Shown in pieces: positions 19,801 through 28,181 of a stretch of DNA of 64,000 bases. A program made the position numbers and the translations under genes. The notes below the pieces were generated by a model, which saw nothing but the letters and a program-made list of their open reading frames with translations, did no database searches and had not been told where the DNA came from. This stretch comes from Candidatus Latescibacterota bacterium (GTDB taxonomy: Bacteria > Latescibacterota > UBA2968 > UBA8231), in the NCBI GenBank assembly GCA_965261395.1, contig OZ253462.1:2240001-2304000 (forward strand), written 5' to 3'. Each line of letters begins with the position of its first letter. The first letter of the stretch is position 1.

Positions 19801-19950
19801 CGCATCAAGGAGAACATATCAAACGATGTTATTTCTGAATATAGCTCAAGGAAAATAGACATGAGGGAAACCATTGACAAAATACTGATTGTCGATGACT
19901 TGGAGATTGAGCAAGAAATAATGAACGCCGTTAGAAAGAGACTTATGTGA
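16813..19950 (+). CDS. HerA/FtsK-superfamily ATPase (DUF87-like) with long N-terminal extension
   Basis: HIFVSGLTGSGKT Walker A, LVIEEAH Walker B, EMRSYG Arg finger, EQIP sensor, NTNTKIIHRL. Confidence 0.88.
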   Translation: MENLNDKSLALEKQKGLDQEKGAEELNEIFSDLLPWTIESTDAAILTENTIQNRDEIERFFDSIYLFHIGEISVSADAQDVADLIYKRHQAVTIAAYQSDYMLTTIISGNGGGTVDIFLGVCGEVDVKNMFREQLQGVYPGRGIQFEDESREGSIKDRLQEKKHGGILTGIPTQKIDEEKQTFDLSSVIRSMNGQEFLLAIISRPVEKREAAQQLHELMELKDRCHVLANRTIGSDENVSVNQSHAVQEAVGESNSHGFNVGIGMNPGGQNTGWNAILYSSTKMTPMMAVLPSAGYSYTKTKFSSYAETDTTGWSENIGRSLSFEQQNTLAMELEDIAGKLITRLRNGLNIGLWESFITYATISPTASQILSGVLAGELIKADPEALPMRNVFDHLSKEVPLFMPKKRDGKSLITGNKLVSFLSSDEAALLMAPPLSSVPGYDIRIKPALSLTDTIDRSGHPIGHISEHGRKVKGSEFRISKEDARKHIFVSGLTGSGKTTTVKHILDCIDAPFLVIESAKREYRRLLAEDKYDKNLRVYTVGDSGVSPIRHNPFMVLPRVSVITHIDNLKSIFYASFSLYGPMPYILEKCIYNIYKERGWNLTTGKHQRVRIGTFEDCQNHRFIYPTIRDLIDEVNRYVKEELEYKGELQDNIRSAIVVRLESLAVGAKGFLFNTHDAIDIEEFLNERVVLELESLSDDDDKAFFVGLMLSLVSEYRQSLARQSVLNDNDDLRHVLVIEEAHRLLKNVQTERTSEMLGNPKGKAVESFCNLIAEMRSYGQGVIVAEQIPTKIAPDVIKNTNTKIIHRLVSLDDQITVGTGLGLEEHECRYLNQLSAGTALAHKEGMSKPVEIAVFNKLQNEPIGDIRIERQDLESELALHESGLLESEHLQAIALRLVNSVFLSNLELGELLPDAIKTARKAKQLTYVEDKTIEHALSEWFRRILFSSTLGFVKEKSIDEEVLEIVDRLWHDRTRFNRGRFMHEFDEWLGDCSRDRIKENISNDVISEYSSRKIDMRETIDKILIVDDLEIEQEIMNAVRKRLM

Positions 19951-20498
19951 TGGTTGTTGAAACCGCGATAGGTCCCGCTGCGGCGGGAGGTGTTGCTGAA
20001 GCCGTTACGGTTGTGGAAGCCGCTGAAGCGGCTGAGAACATCGTCGAGTCCCCAATAAGTGGGGCAGCCGAGTTGAGTGAAACCCTTTCTGCAATCCAGA
20101 AAGAGATTCCTCGGGAAATCGTCAATGGAAAGGTTGAGGCCACGCTCCAGGATGAGTCTTTCCGCGCTGAAATTTTGGAAGCAACATATCCCGATTTCTC
20201 TGAAAATTGTAGATTCGAGACCCATCTTCCCGATGATCAATACAAGGCAAATGATTATCAGCATTTCAAGTATTGTAATGAGCAATTGAGTCAAGCTCAT
20301 GAAAATGGCAGTCTCAACATAGAGCAATTCACAGATCGGCAACTGGAACAGATCCGTAATGGAGATAAACCCGAGGGATATACCTGGCACCACCATGAAG
20401 AGCCAGGACGCATGCAGTTAGTAGATTCTGAAATACACGCCAAGACTCCGCATACTGGTGGCAGGAGCCTGTGGGGTGGTGGCGGTGAAGCCCGATAG
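19950..20498 (+). CDS. HNH-fold nuclease toxin, WHH family
   Basis: YPDF, GYTWHHHEEPGRMQLV, HAKTPHTGG; TGATG overlap with the HerA stop (GTG at 19947 also possible). Confidence 0.87.
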   Translation: MVVETAIGPAAAGGVAEAVTVVEAAEAAENIVESPISGAAELSETLSAIQKEIPREIVNGKVEATLQDESFRAEILEATYPDFSENCRFETHLPDDQYKANDYQHFKYCNEQLSQAHENGSLNIEQFTDRQLEQIRNGDKPEGYTWHHHEEPGRMQLVDSEIHAKTPHTGGRSLWGGGGEAR

Positions 20499-20513
20499 AA
20501 AAGAGAGCATACT

Positions 20514-20912
20514 ATGAGCTTAAAGTGGAAATACGTCGAGCCATTGGACGAGAGCCAATTGTCTAAAGTCGAGGAACATTTCGGCCTCAGCTTGCCGGAG
20601 GATTACAAGAAATCACTTGTGGAATGCAATAGGGGAAAACCCACGTTAGAAAGGTTTGACACCGAATTTCAAAAGGAATGTGTCCTCGATTATATGATCA
20701 ATCTTGAGGAAACGGTCGCCATTGCCCAAGCAATCTCTTCTGAATATGGCGTCGATAACCTAATCCCCATAGGACGAGACCCGTTTGGGAATCTGATTGC
20801 CTTTAGAATTGTAGGTAAGCAGATTGATTCGGTGATTTTTTGGGATCACGAAAGAGGTAAAATTTCTAAGATATCAGATAGTCTCACTGAGTTTCTGGAG
20901 AACCTATACTAG
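20514..20912 (+). CDS. SMI1/KNR4 (SUKH) immunity protein
   Basis: VEEHFGLSLPEDYK, NRG, IPIGRDPFGN, IFWDHE, ISDSLTEFLENL; directly downstream of the nuclease. Confidence 0.9.
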   Translation: MSLKWKYVEPLDESQLSKVEEHFGLSLPEDYKKSLVECNRGKPTLERFDTEFQKECVLDYMINLEETVAIAQAISSEYGVDNLIPIGRDPFGNLIAFRIVGKQIDSVIFWDHERGKISKISDSLTEFLENLY

Positions 20913-20913
20913 G

Positions 20914-21225
20914 ATGTCTGATATGCCAGTGTCGGCGACAGCAATTCCCAATGAGTACCGCGCTGATGTAGCTCGGGCGGTGGAGATCTGCAAGGCGGAG
21001 GGATGTCGAGACGTATTTATATTTGGCTCGGTCGCAGCCGGCCGGCATCGGCCGCAGTCCGATCTGGATATAGGTGTCCGTGGCTGTCCGCCCGAGCACT
21101 TCTATCGGCTACTAGGTCGATTGATGGATGAACTCACCCATCCCGTGGACTTGGTTGATCTGGATCTTGAAATCCGAGTCGCTGAATTCCTTGAGCAGGA
21201 AGGTCAACTCGTGCGTGTTGGCTGA
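20914..21225 (+). CDS. Minimal nucleotidyltransferase (MNT antitoxin-type), no intact HEPN partner seen
   Basis: FIFGSVAAG...SDLDIGV (GS-x-DxD), PVDLVDL; 103 aa. Confidence 0.82.
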   Translation: MSDMPVSATAIPNEYRADVARAVEICKAEGCRDVFIFGSVAAGRHRPQSDLDIGVRGCPPEHFYRLLGRLMDELTHPVDLVDLDLEIRVAEFLEQEGQLVRVG

Positions 21226-21293
21226 GGCCCCCTGCCAAGAGAAAGTGGAGCACAAAATCGCTTATACGCTCTTTCGCAAGAGGATTCTATAGC

Positions 21294-22109
21294 TCATCCT
21301 TCCCCCTTCCACGGCGCACCGGGCAGAAGCGCAATGAGCCGCGCCAAAACCTTCTGGGCCGCCTCTCCCATGTCCCACTGATGGCCGTACGCGAGCAGGG
21401 GACTAATATCGGTTCCGAACTGTGGGTCTCGTAGTTTGAACGCCATGTTGCGTTCAAACTGGGCGCGGGTTACATGGTTGCCGCTCTGTTCCATGTAGGT
21501 GGCAAACGCTGCGACAATGCGGCTAGGATCGGCTGCCGTCCCTTCCAGAGCTATCGCCAAGTCGAATAAGTCACGACCTTTCTTGCGTTGATAGAGCGCA
21601 CGCAGCTTTGTGGCGAGAAGCTCGTCGAGTGCGTAAGTAACGACTTCAGAGGACCGGTTGAACCAACGCGAATCTACGAAAAACGGAATCCTTTTGAACC
21701 CGAATACAGAAAAATGCTCGCGGGAGTTGATCTCAATCTTCAGACGCAGGCGTATGGGCGGCGTGTCCTCGGACTCGAAGCGGTAAACTAATGTGATGCC
21801 GTCTGTTGTTTGCTTCCATTGGGGCTTGTCGAGCCAGGGGTCGAGAACTTCGTGTAACGCGTCTAGCATCGGGCCAGCGGGGCTGGGGCTGACCTGAACC
21901 AGATCAATGTCTTCGGAATAGCGGGCGGGAGGCTTCAGATGCAGCTTGTAGAGTGCCGTGCCGCCGCGGAACGCAACTCCGTTGGTCAGGACCGGATGAG
22001 AAAATATTTCGACCAGCGCTCGGCTAATGATCAGATCCTGCTCGACCTGAAAATCTTGCACCCAAGGCACCTGCGCCCGCCATGCCGTGACGTAATCGCG
22101 TGGAATCAC
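21294..22109 (-). CDS. abiEii: AbiEii-family nucleotidyltransferase toxin (type IV TA/abortive infection)
   Basis: VEQD, FRGGTALYK, RYSEDIDL, KIEIN, KLRALYQRKKGRDLFD. Confidence 0.88.
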   Translation of the reverse strand: MIPRDYVTAWRAQVPWVQDFQVEQDLIISRALVEIFSHPVLTNGVAFRGGTALYKLHLKPPARYSEDIDLVQVSPSPAGPMLDALHEVLDPWLDKPQWKQTTDGITLVYRFESEDTPPIRLRLKIEINSREHFSVFGFKRIPFFVDSRWFNRSSEVVTYALDELLATKLRALYQRKKGRDLFDLAIALEGTAADPSRIVAAFATYMEQSGNHVTRAQFERNMAFKLRDPQFGTDISPLLAYGHQWDMGEAAQKVLARLIALLPGAPWKGEG

Positions 22110-22915
22110 GCATCCACCTCAATCTCGGCGTTGACGAGCAGCCGCCAGTCCTTGGCGCGCGTCCCGTGGTTGCTGGTACCGGCTGGCAGGAGCAGAGCAG
22201 TGTCGCGCGCCCGCTGCTGCACGTGAGCCTTCAAGGGCAACGTCTTGTCCCCTGCGCCGACGAGTTCGAGAAGGTAGCCAAGACGCTGGGCCCAAGGGAT
22301 GGGAGCTGTTCGCGCCGCTGTTACCAGTAGATCAGGATCGATACGCTCGGCGAGTTCGAAGAGGACGGTTGCTGCTTGATCCAGCCCTCCGATACGTTTT
22401 TCATAACCGACCAGATCGACCGCCGTTGCCTCAATGCTTGAGGCTAGGATCGTTCCGCGCGGTGTATTGAAACTCTGAACCGGTATGTCGGCGATGCGCT
22501 TACGTGCTATAAAGGAGACTTCGACGGTGCCACAGGAGATCGACCGGCGGTTCCCGGCGAGAGCAACTTGGAATGACTGCGGACGGTGATGTGCCGCGCC
22601 GTGATACTGGGCGGCGGACAGGAGCGCAGCATAGTACGGGCGTTGCAGACGTTCCATGAGTGCCGGGATGAACTGGTCGGCAGGCAGGCAGCCAATGCGC
22701 CGATATTCTGGAGGCACGATGACGTAGAAGCCGCGAGCGGGGCTTGCGACCACTCCCTTTTTTGCCAATCGGTTCAGGGCAAGTCTGGTCGCGGCGGCGG
22801 AGACCCCAAGCGCTGTACGCAATTCCGCTGTTGCGAAGTGGTATCGGCCATCGGCAGCAAAATCGGCGATCAGATCACCGGCTCGGGGTTTGGCTATTTC
22901 CAGTTTCATGTGCAT
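22106..22915 (-). CDS. abiEi: AbiEi-family antitoxin/transcriptional regulator
   Basis: N-terminal wHTH-like region, GFYVIVPPEY, YYAALLSAAQYHGA, QRLGYLLE; 4-bp overlap with abiEii. Confidence 0.85.
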   Translation of the reverse strand: MHMKLEIAKPRAGDLIADFAADGRYHFATAELRTALGVSAAATRLALNRLAKKGVVASPARGFYVIVPPEYRRIGCLPADQFIPALMERLQRPYYAALLSAAQYHGAAHHRPQSFQVALAGNRRSISCGTVEVSFIARKRIADIPVQSFNTPRGTILASSIEATAVDLVGYEKRIGGLDQAATVLFELAERIDPDLLVTAARTAPIPWAQRLGYLLELVGAGDKTLPLKAHVQQRARDTALLLPAGTSNHGTRAKDWRLLVNAEIEVDA

Positions 22916-22985
22916 AAAGTATTATTATTCGATATATTAGGCAAGCGATTCCGTGCTAACTTACTAATTCAACGAGGTGATCTCC

Positions 22986-23858
22986 ATGGACCCAAGCTGC
23001 TTGCAGTACTGCATGACCGATGCCCAGCGCGATCATTTTGAACAGCAGGGATACTTAATCGTCGAGGATGCGCTCGACGATGATATGCTGGGCAGGCTGC
23101 TGGAGGCCGGCGACCGCGTCGATGCTCAGGAAAGGGCGGCGCGTGGCTTGGCACCCAATGCCTTGATGGCGAAATTCAGGACTATTGTCGAGGACGATGT
23201 TTTTCTCGAACTGCTCGATTGGCCCAAGACCTTCCCGCTGATTTGGGACATTCTCGGCTGGAACGTCCAGCACTATATCTCGCATTTGATCTACTACCCG
23301 CCCGAATCCAAGAATAGCGTCAATCTGAAGCCCGGGGGATGGCACCAAGACGGCGGCCGGCCGGTTCCCGAAATGGAGCGTCCCCAACCGAGGTTGTCGC
23401 TAAAGGTCGGATTCTGGCTGACCGACATCAGCGAGCCGGAGAGAGGGGGGATCAGGATTGTCCCCGCAAGCCACAAGCGGGACCATCCGCCCGATTTTGC
23501 CGATCCAATGCAGGTGCAGGTGAAGGCGGGCACGGCCGTGCTGTTCGACCGGCGGATGTGGCACGCGCGCGGGATTAATACTTCGGAGACGACCCGGAAA
23601 GTGCTGTTTTTGGGGTATAGCTATCGCTGGCTGCGCGGCCTCGACTACAACCTGATGCCCGACGAAATCCTCGCCAAATGCAGTCCCATACGCCGGCAAT
23701 TGCTCGGCGATGGAGTGGACGTCAAAGGCTGGTGGCAGCCAACAGATGAAGACGTTCCCCTCAAGGGCTGGCTGACCGAACACAAGGGGGAGGACTACGT
23801 CGAGCGGATTGGGCAAAAGCAGTGGGAAAGGGAAAAGTGGGAAGTGCCGTCCGGCTGA
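22986..23858 (+). CDS. Phytanoyl-CoA dioxygenase (PhyH) family 2OG-Fe(II) oxygenase
   Basis: FEQQGYL, WHQDG (HxD), IVPASH, AGTAVLFDRRMWH. Confidence 0.85.
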   Translation: MDPSCLQYCMTDAQRDHFEQQGYLIVEDALDDDMLGRLLEAGDRVDAQERAARGLAPNALMAKFRTIVEDDVFLELLDWPKTFPLIWDILGWNVQHYISHLIYYPPESKNSVNLKPGGWHQDGGRPVPEMERPQPRLSLKVGFWLTDISEPERGGIRIVPASHKRDHPPDFADPMQVQVKAGTAVLFDRRMWHARGINTSETTRKVLFLGYSYRWLRGLDYNLMPDEILAKCSPIRRQLLGDGVDVKGWWQPTDEDVPLKGWLTEHKGEDYVERIGQKQWEREKWEVPSG

Positions 23859-23952
23859 TCTGCAAGCTATATGACGACATCTAAACGGTGCGCCAGGGTG
23901 CCTGACGGAAGATGACCTACCCCCGTGAGAAGAAAAAAAGAAAGCAAACAAG

Positions 23953-26293
23953 ATGACCGACGCGAAGATACTGATTGTCGAAGACGATGAATCCGATGCC
24001 GCACACCTCGAAGAATGCCTCGAAAACCTAGGATACGCGGTGTGCGATGCGGTTTCGTGCGGGCGCGAGGCTATTGAAAAAGCTGCTGACATGCGCCCCG
24101 ATTTAGCCTTGGTCGATCTCAGACTCAAAGGGGAGGTCACCGGCATAGAAACAGCCGAGCAGATCGGCAGCCGGTTCGACGTTCCCGTGGTGTATCTGAC
24201 CGACGAAGCCGAGGGCGACCTGTTGCAACGGGCGCAGGCGACCAACTCGTTTGGCTACGTGCTGAGGCCGTTTGAGGCGCCAACTGCACCTGAATATCCA
24301 AACCGCCGTATCTATGCACGAGAGGGAATGCAGGCAGCGCGAGACGGAGATCAGGTTGAAACGAATCATCAAAAGATTGAAAGATTTCACCCGGCTAATG
24401 AAAACCGTATTCGACAGTATGAGCGAAGGTGTGGTCGCCGTCGATGAAAACAGGATACTCCTGTTTAACAACTCGGTCGCGAAACGGCTCGGCGGCGATA
24501 TTCCGCTGGATGAGGACATCGATAAATGGGCCGAAAAATACGGTGTTTTTCAGCCCGATGGAAAGACGCTCGTCACAAAGGATAAAAGTCCGCTGACACT
24601 GGCTTTGAGCGGCAAGGCCACAGACGATGTCGAGGTGTTAGTGCGCAATGAGAAAAAGCCGGAAGGTATTCATGTCAGCGTCAGCGGCAGACCTCTGCGG
24701 GGAAAAGCAGGAGCTTTGAAAGGGGGCGTTCTCGTCTGCCGCGACATCACTATGATCAAGCAAACAGAAGCCGCATTGGAACGGACGATCGCCCAGCAGC
24801 AGGACCAAGCCAGGCTCATGGAGACCATTTTCAGCAGTATCAGCGACGGCGTGTTGGTCGCCAACGCCGAGGGGAAACACACGTTTTTCAATCCCAGCGC
24901 CGAACAGATCGTCGGCGTCGGCATGCTGAATCTCAAGCCCCAACAATGGAAGGGGGAATATGGGGTCTTCTATCCCGACAAAAAAAACCGCCTGCCGACA
25001 GCACAGCTTCCCCTAGTGCGCGCCGTACGGGGTGAGGCGACCGACGAGATCGAGATGTTCATCCGCAATGAGCAAAAGTCGGAGGGCGTTTATATCAGCG
25101 TCAGTGGTCGGCCGCTACACACGAATGTAGGGGGGCATGGCGGCGGCGTGATCATTTTCCGCGACATTACCAAACAAAAAAAGGCGGCCGCGGAATTGGG
25201 CAAAACGATGGAGGAGCTACGCAAGCAGAGCGAGCTCATGGAAACCACGTTCAAGAGTATCAGCGATGGCATCATAGTCGCCGATGTAACGGGGCAGTCC
25301 TTCTACGTAAATCCCGCTGCCGAACAAATCGTCGGCATGAACATAACAACGGACCACCTCCCGGAGGAGTGGGTCGAGCGATACGGCCTCTTCTATCCCG
25401 ATCGGGAAACCCCCATGAAAATGGAGGATATGCCGTTCCTCCACATCTTCAGCCACGGCGAGTCAATGGATGAGATGGATCTGTTCATACGCAACCAAAA
25501 CAGGCCAGACGGCGTATATATCCGGGTGAGTGGACGGCCGCTGCTCGACAATCTCGGCGGGATCAGGGGCGGGGTGATCATTTTCCGCGACGTTACCGAG
25601 CGCATGCTCGCCGAGGAGGCGCTAGCGCAGGCATTTGCACAAGGGCGGTTGGAGGTAGTCGATACCATTCTCCACAACATCGGCAATGCCATCAACAGCG
25701 TCACCACGGGAATTGAGACTGTGCGCCAGAACTTGGTGAATGACCACGTCGGTCGCCGTCTCTTCGCGTTGGCCGCGGCGGTAAGAGAACACCAGGACGA
25801 CTGGAGCGATTACATCGAAAACGACCCGCAAGGCCGCAAAGTGATGCCGTTCATCATCGCGCTCTCTGAAAACTTCTCCAAGCGGAACGAAGGGCTGATA
25901 AAGACGGTCGGCCGCGTCAAGGACCGGGCCAATCACATCGCCGATATCGTCCGCACCCAAAAGGCGCTCGGCAGTCCCACCATGACTCGCAAGGACATCG
26001 ACCTGCACGATGCGCTCTCGGCCGCCGTCAGGGTATTGAGGGATTCACTCAGCAAAAAGGGAATCCATACCGACATCAACTGCGAACATGCACCGAGGGA
26101 GATTAGCATCCAAGAGAGCCAGTTTCACCAGATGCTGGTCAACTTGGTCAAAAATTCGATTGAAGCCATCGACGATCTCACCTTAGCGCAGGGGCTCGAC
26201 GAAGCGCCCCACATCCAGATCAGGGCCAGTGCCGAAGACGATTTTCTCAAACTCGAAGTAAGCGACTCAGCACGAGATCCACGACGATTTTGA
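23953..26293 (+). pseudogene. REC-PAS-PAS-PAS histidine kinase, frameshifted near 24276 and truncated in the HATPase domain
   Basis: REC domain (ILIVEDD, LVDL) continues in another frame as RQLHLNIQTA; three PAS repeats; H-box ILHNIGN; N-box NLVKNSIEA; ends at EVSDS with no G boxes. Confidence 0.75.
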
Positions 26294-27501
26294 AGAGATG
26301 TTGAGTCCTAGTTTCGCGCAGCCGTCAACAGAGGATCTTGCGGCGGCCTTCATGCACGAGGAAGATGAGGTCTGGCTCCCAGAGTTCGAATTGCTGCACG
26401 CCAGCAATGGGGAAGAAGCACTATCAATCATCCAGGCGGGAAAGGAATCGAACTGCCCCATCGCCGTCGCCTACATCGACATCAGAATGCCGCCGGGCAT
26501 CGATGGTATCGAAACGATCCGCCGGATCAGAAAGATCGATCGCGACGTCGAGATCGTCATCATGACCGCGTACACTGACAAGGCGCTGCCCGAGATCGTC
26601 CACGATATGGAACTGCTGCACAAGCTGCTCTATATCAGAAAGCCTTTCGCGCACGAGGAGATCCAACAGATCACCCTTTCCCTAGTCGAGAAGTGGAACA
26701 TCGAACGGGAGCTGGCAGAAAAACGGCGGCAACTCACCAATGGCCATCGAAGACTGGAAGCAGTGCTCAACGCTACCGGAGACGCCATTGCAATGCACGA
26801 CAGCGACGGCCACGGGGAGATGATCGGCAGCCTCGTCCTGTACCGGGACGTGTCCAAGGAGATCGAGGCCGAGCAGATGAGGACCGCGGTGCTGCGCTTG
26901 CGCACCGAGTTGGAGACGACCGGCTCATTTGCCGACCTAGTGGGCACCGGCCCCGGAATGCGGCAGGTGTACGCGCTGATGAAGCAGGCCGCCGAAGGCG
27001 ATATCGCGGTGCGTAAGCGCGGCGAGAGCGGCACCGGCAAGGAACTGGTGGCCAAGTCGGTTCACCACACCAGCCCGCGCAAGCAGGGGCCGTTTGTAGC
27101 CCTCAATTGCGCCGCCATTCCCGATTCTCGATAAACACGCCGAACGCGCCGACAAATCTATCAGCGGCACTTCCACCGCTGCCTTGCGCCTGTTGATCCA
27201 GTACGATTGGCCCGGCAACGTGCGCGAGCTAGAAAACGCCATCGAGCGCGCCGTGCTGCTGGAGACGGATGTGGTGCTACAAGCAGGCAGCCTGCCTCCC
27301 CAGTTGTCGCCGGTCATCGCTGTCGGGAGTGACGGCTCACCGCCGACCGCGATCCTGCCGCTGGCCGAGGTCGAGCGGCAGGCACTAGTCCACGCTCTCG
27401 AAGTCGCAGACAACAACATCACGCAGGCGGCCCAAGCCTTGGGTATCAATCGCGCAACCCTGCACCGCAAATTGAAGAAATACGACCTGTCCAAGGATTG
27501 A
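26268..27501 (+). pseudogene. REC-PAS-sigma54-dependent activator with Fis HTH, internally deleted
   Basis: REC lacking its start (begins QHEIHDDFEEM); collapsed PAS; GESGTGKE and NCAAIP then a stop with no GAFTGA or Walker B; later fragment WPGNVRELEN...AQALGINRATLHRKLKKY. Confidence 0.75.
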
Positions 27502-27518
27502 ACCGGACGGGCGAATCC

Positions 27519-27552
27519 GTCGCAAAATGCGACATTCGTTGCAAATTGCAAC
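27519..27552. promoter_or_regulatory. Tandem palindromes resembling bacterial enhancer (UAS) sites
   Basis: GTCGCA-AAA-TGCGAC (27519-27533) and GTTGCA-AAT-TGCAAC (27538-27552) just downstream of the Fis-HTH gene. Confidence 0.55.
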
Positions 27553-27778
27553 ATACGCTCTGCCTTCCTTGTCGATTTTTCCTGTAATTCCTCTATAAAC
27601 ATCCAGTTGTAGAATCTATTCCACAGGGGACAGAGGTCACCGGAGCGGTCTGCAATACGCATTTTGCAACACCTCCAAAACCTCTCACCGTTTTCGCATA
27701 TTCTCTAACCGGACTGAACTGGATCGCCGAAGGCAAAGCCATAGGGCGGGTATCGGAGAGCACAACAGCGATAGCGAC

Positions 27779-27793
27779 TGGCATTGAGCTGGC
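27779..27793 (+). promoter_or_regulatory. Candidate sigma54 -24/-12 promoter
   Basis: TGGCATTGAGCTGGC: GG-N10-GC spacing, about 230 bp downstream of the palindromes; imperfect -12 element. Confidence 0.3.
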
Positions 27794-28181
27794 GATGGTA
27801 TTCATGGATGGGGAGGTGGGGAGAACTCGTGTCGTCGGCTACGGCGCACGGGTTCACCCTGGCGGTGGATGCCGACGCTGAGCAGCGTATGATGGACGAA
27901 GTGCGTATGAGGAGGGAGATGTTGTGATAAGGAGCTGTCTGGAATTTCCGAGTGTGCCTGAGCGCGAGCGCAAGGTGGAGCGAACGGGGTGGACAGCCGC
28001 GGCCGCCGCGTTTGTTTGCAGTCGCGCGTTCCCGAAGGGACGCCGAATGCCAAGGCCAAGCATTCAGGCGCAGGCCGCTAGGGGTTTCAGGCAGCTTCCC
28101 ATTTTTCCTACCGTGCCACTTGCAACGCAACGTGGAGAAGACTGCTGTTGTTGGAAATGGACCACTCAAAGAGGTCGGCCT

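Noticed and set aside
19425-20396. 323-aa antisense ORF across HerA and the toxin
   Set aside because: Antisense to two well-supported genes, with no recognisable motifs.
14571-20912. Type VII secretion, conjugative VirB4/VirD4 or Eleos assignment
   Set aside because: Single ATPase domain, no WXG100/LXG, no T4SS or relaxase genes, and only one dynamin gene.
20914-21225. MNT acting as the missing cyclase for the patatin operon
   Set aside because: Only 103 aa, lacks the CD-NTase helical lobe, and lies about 19 kb away in a different island.
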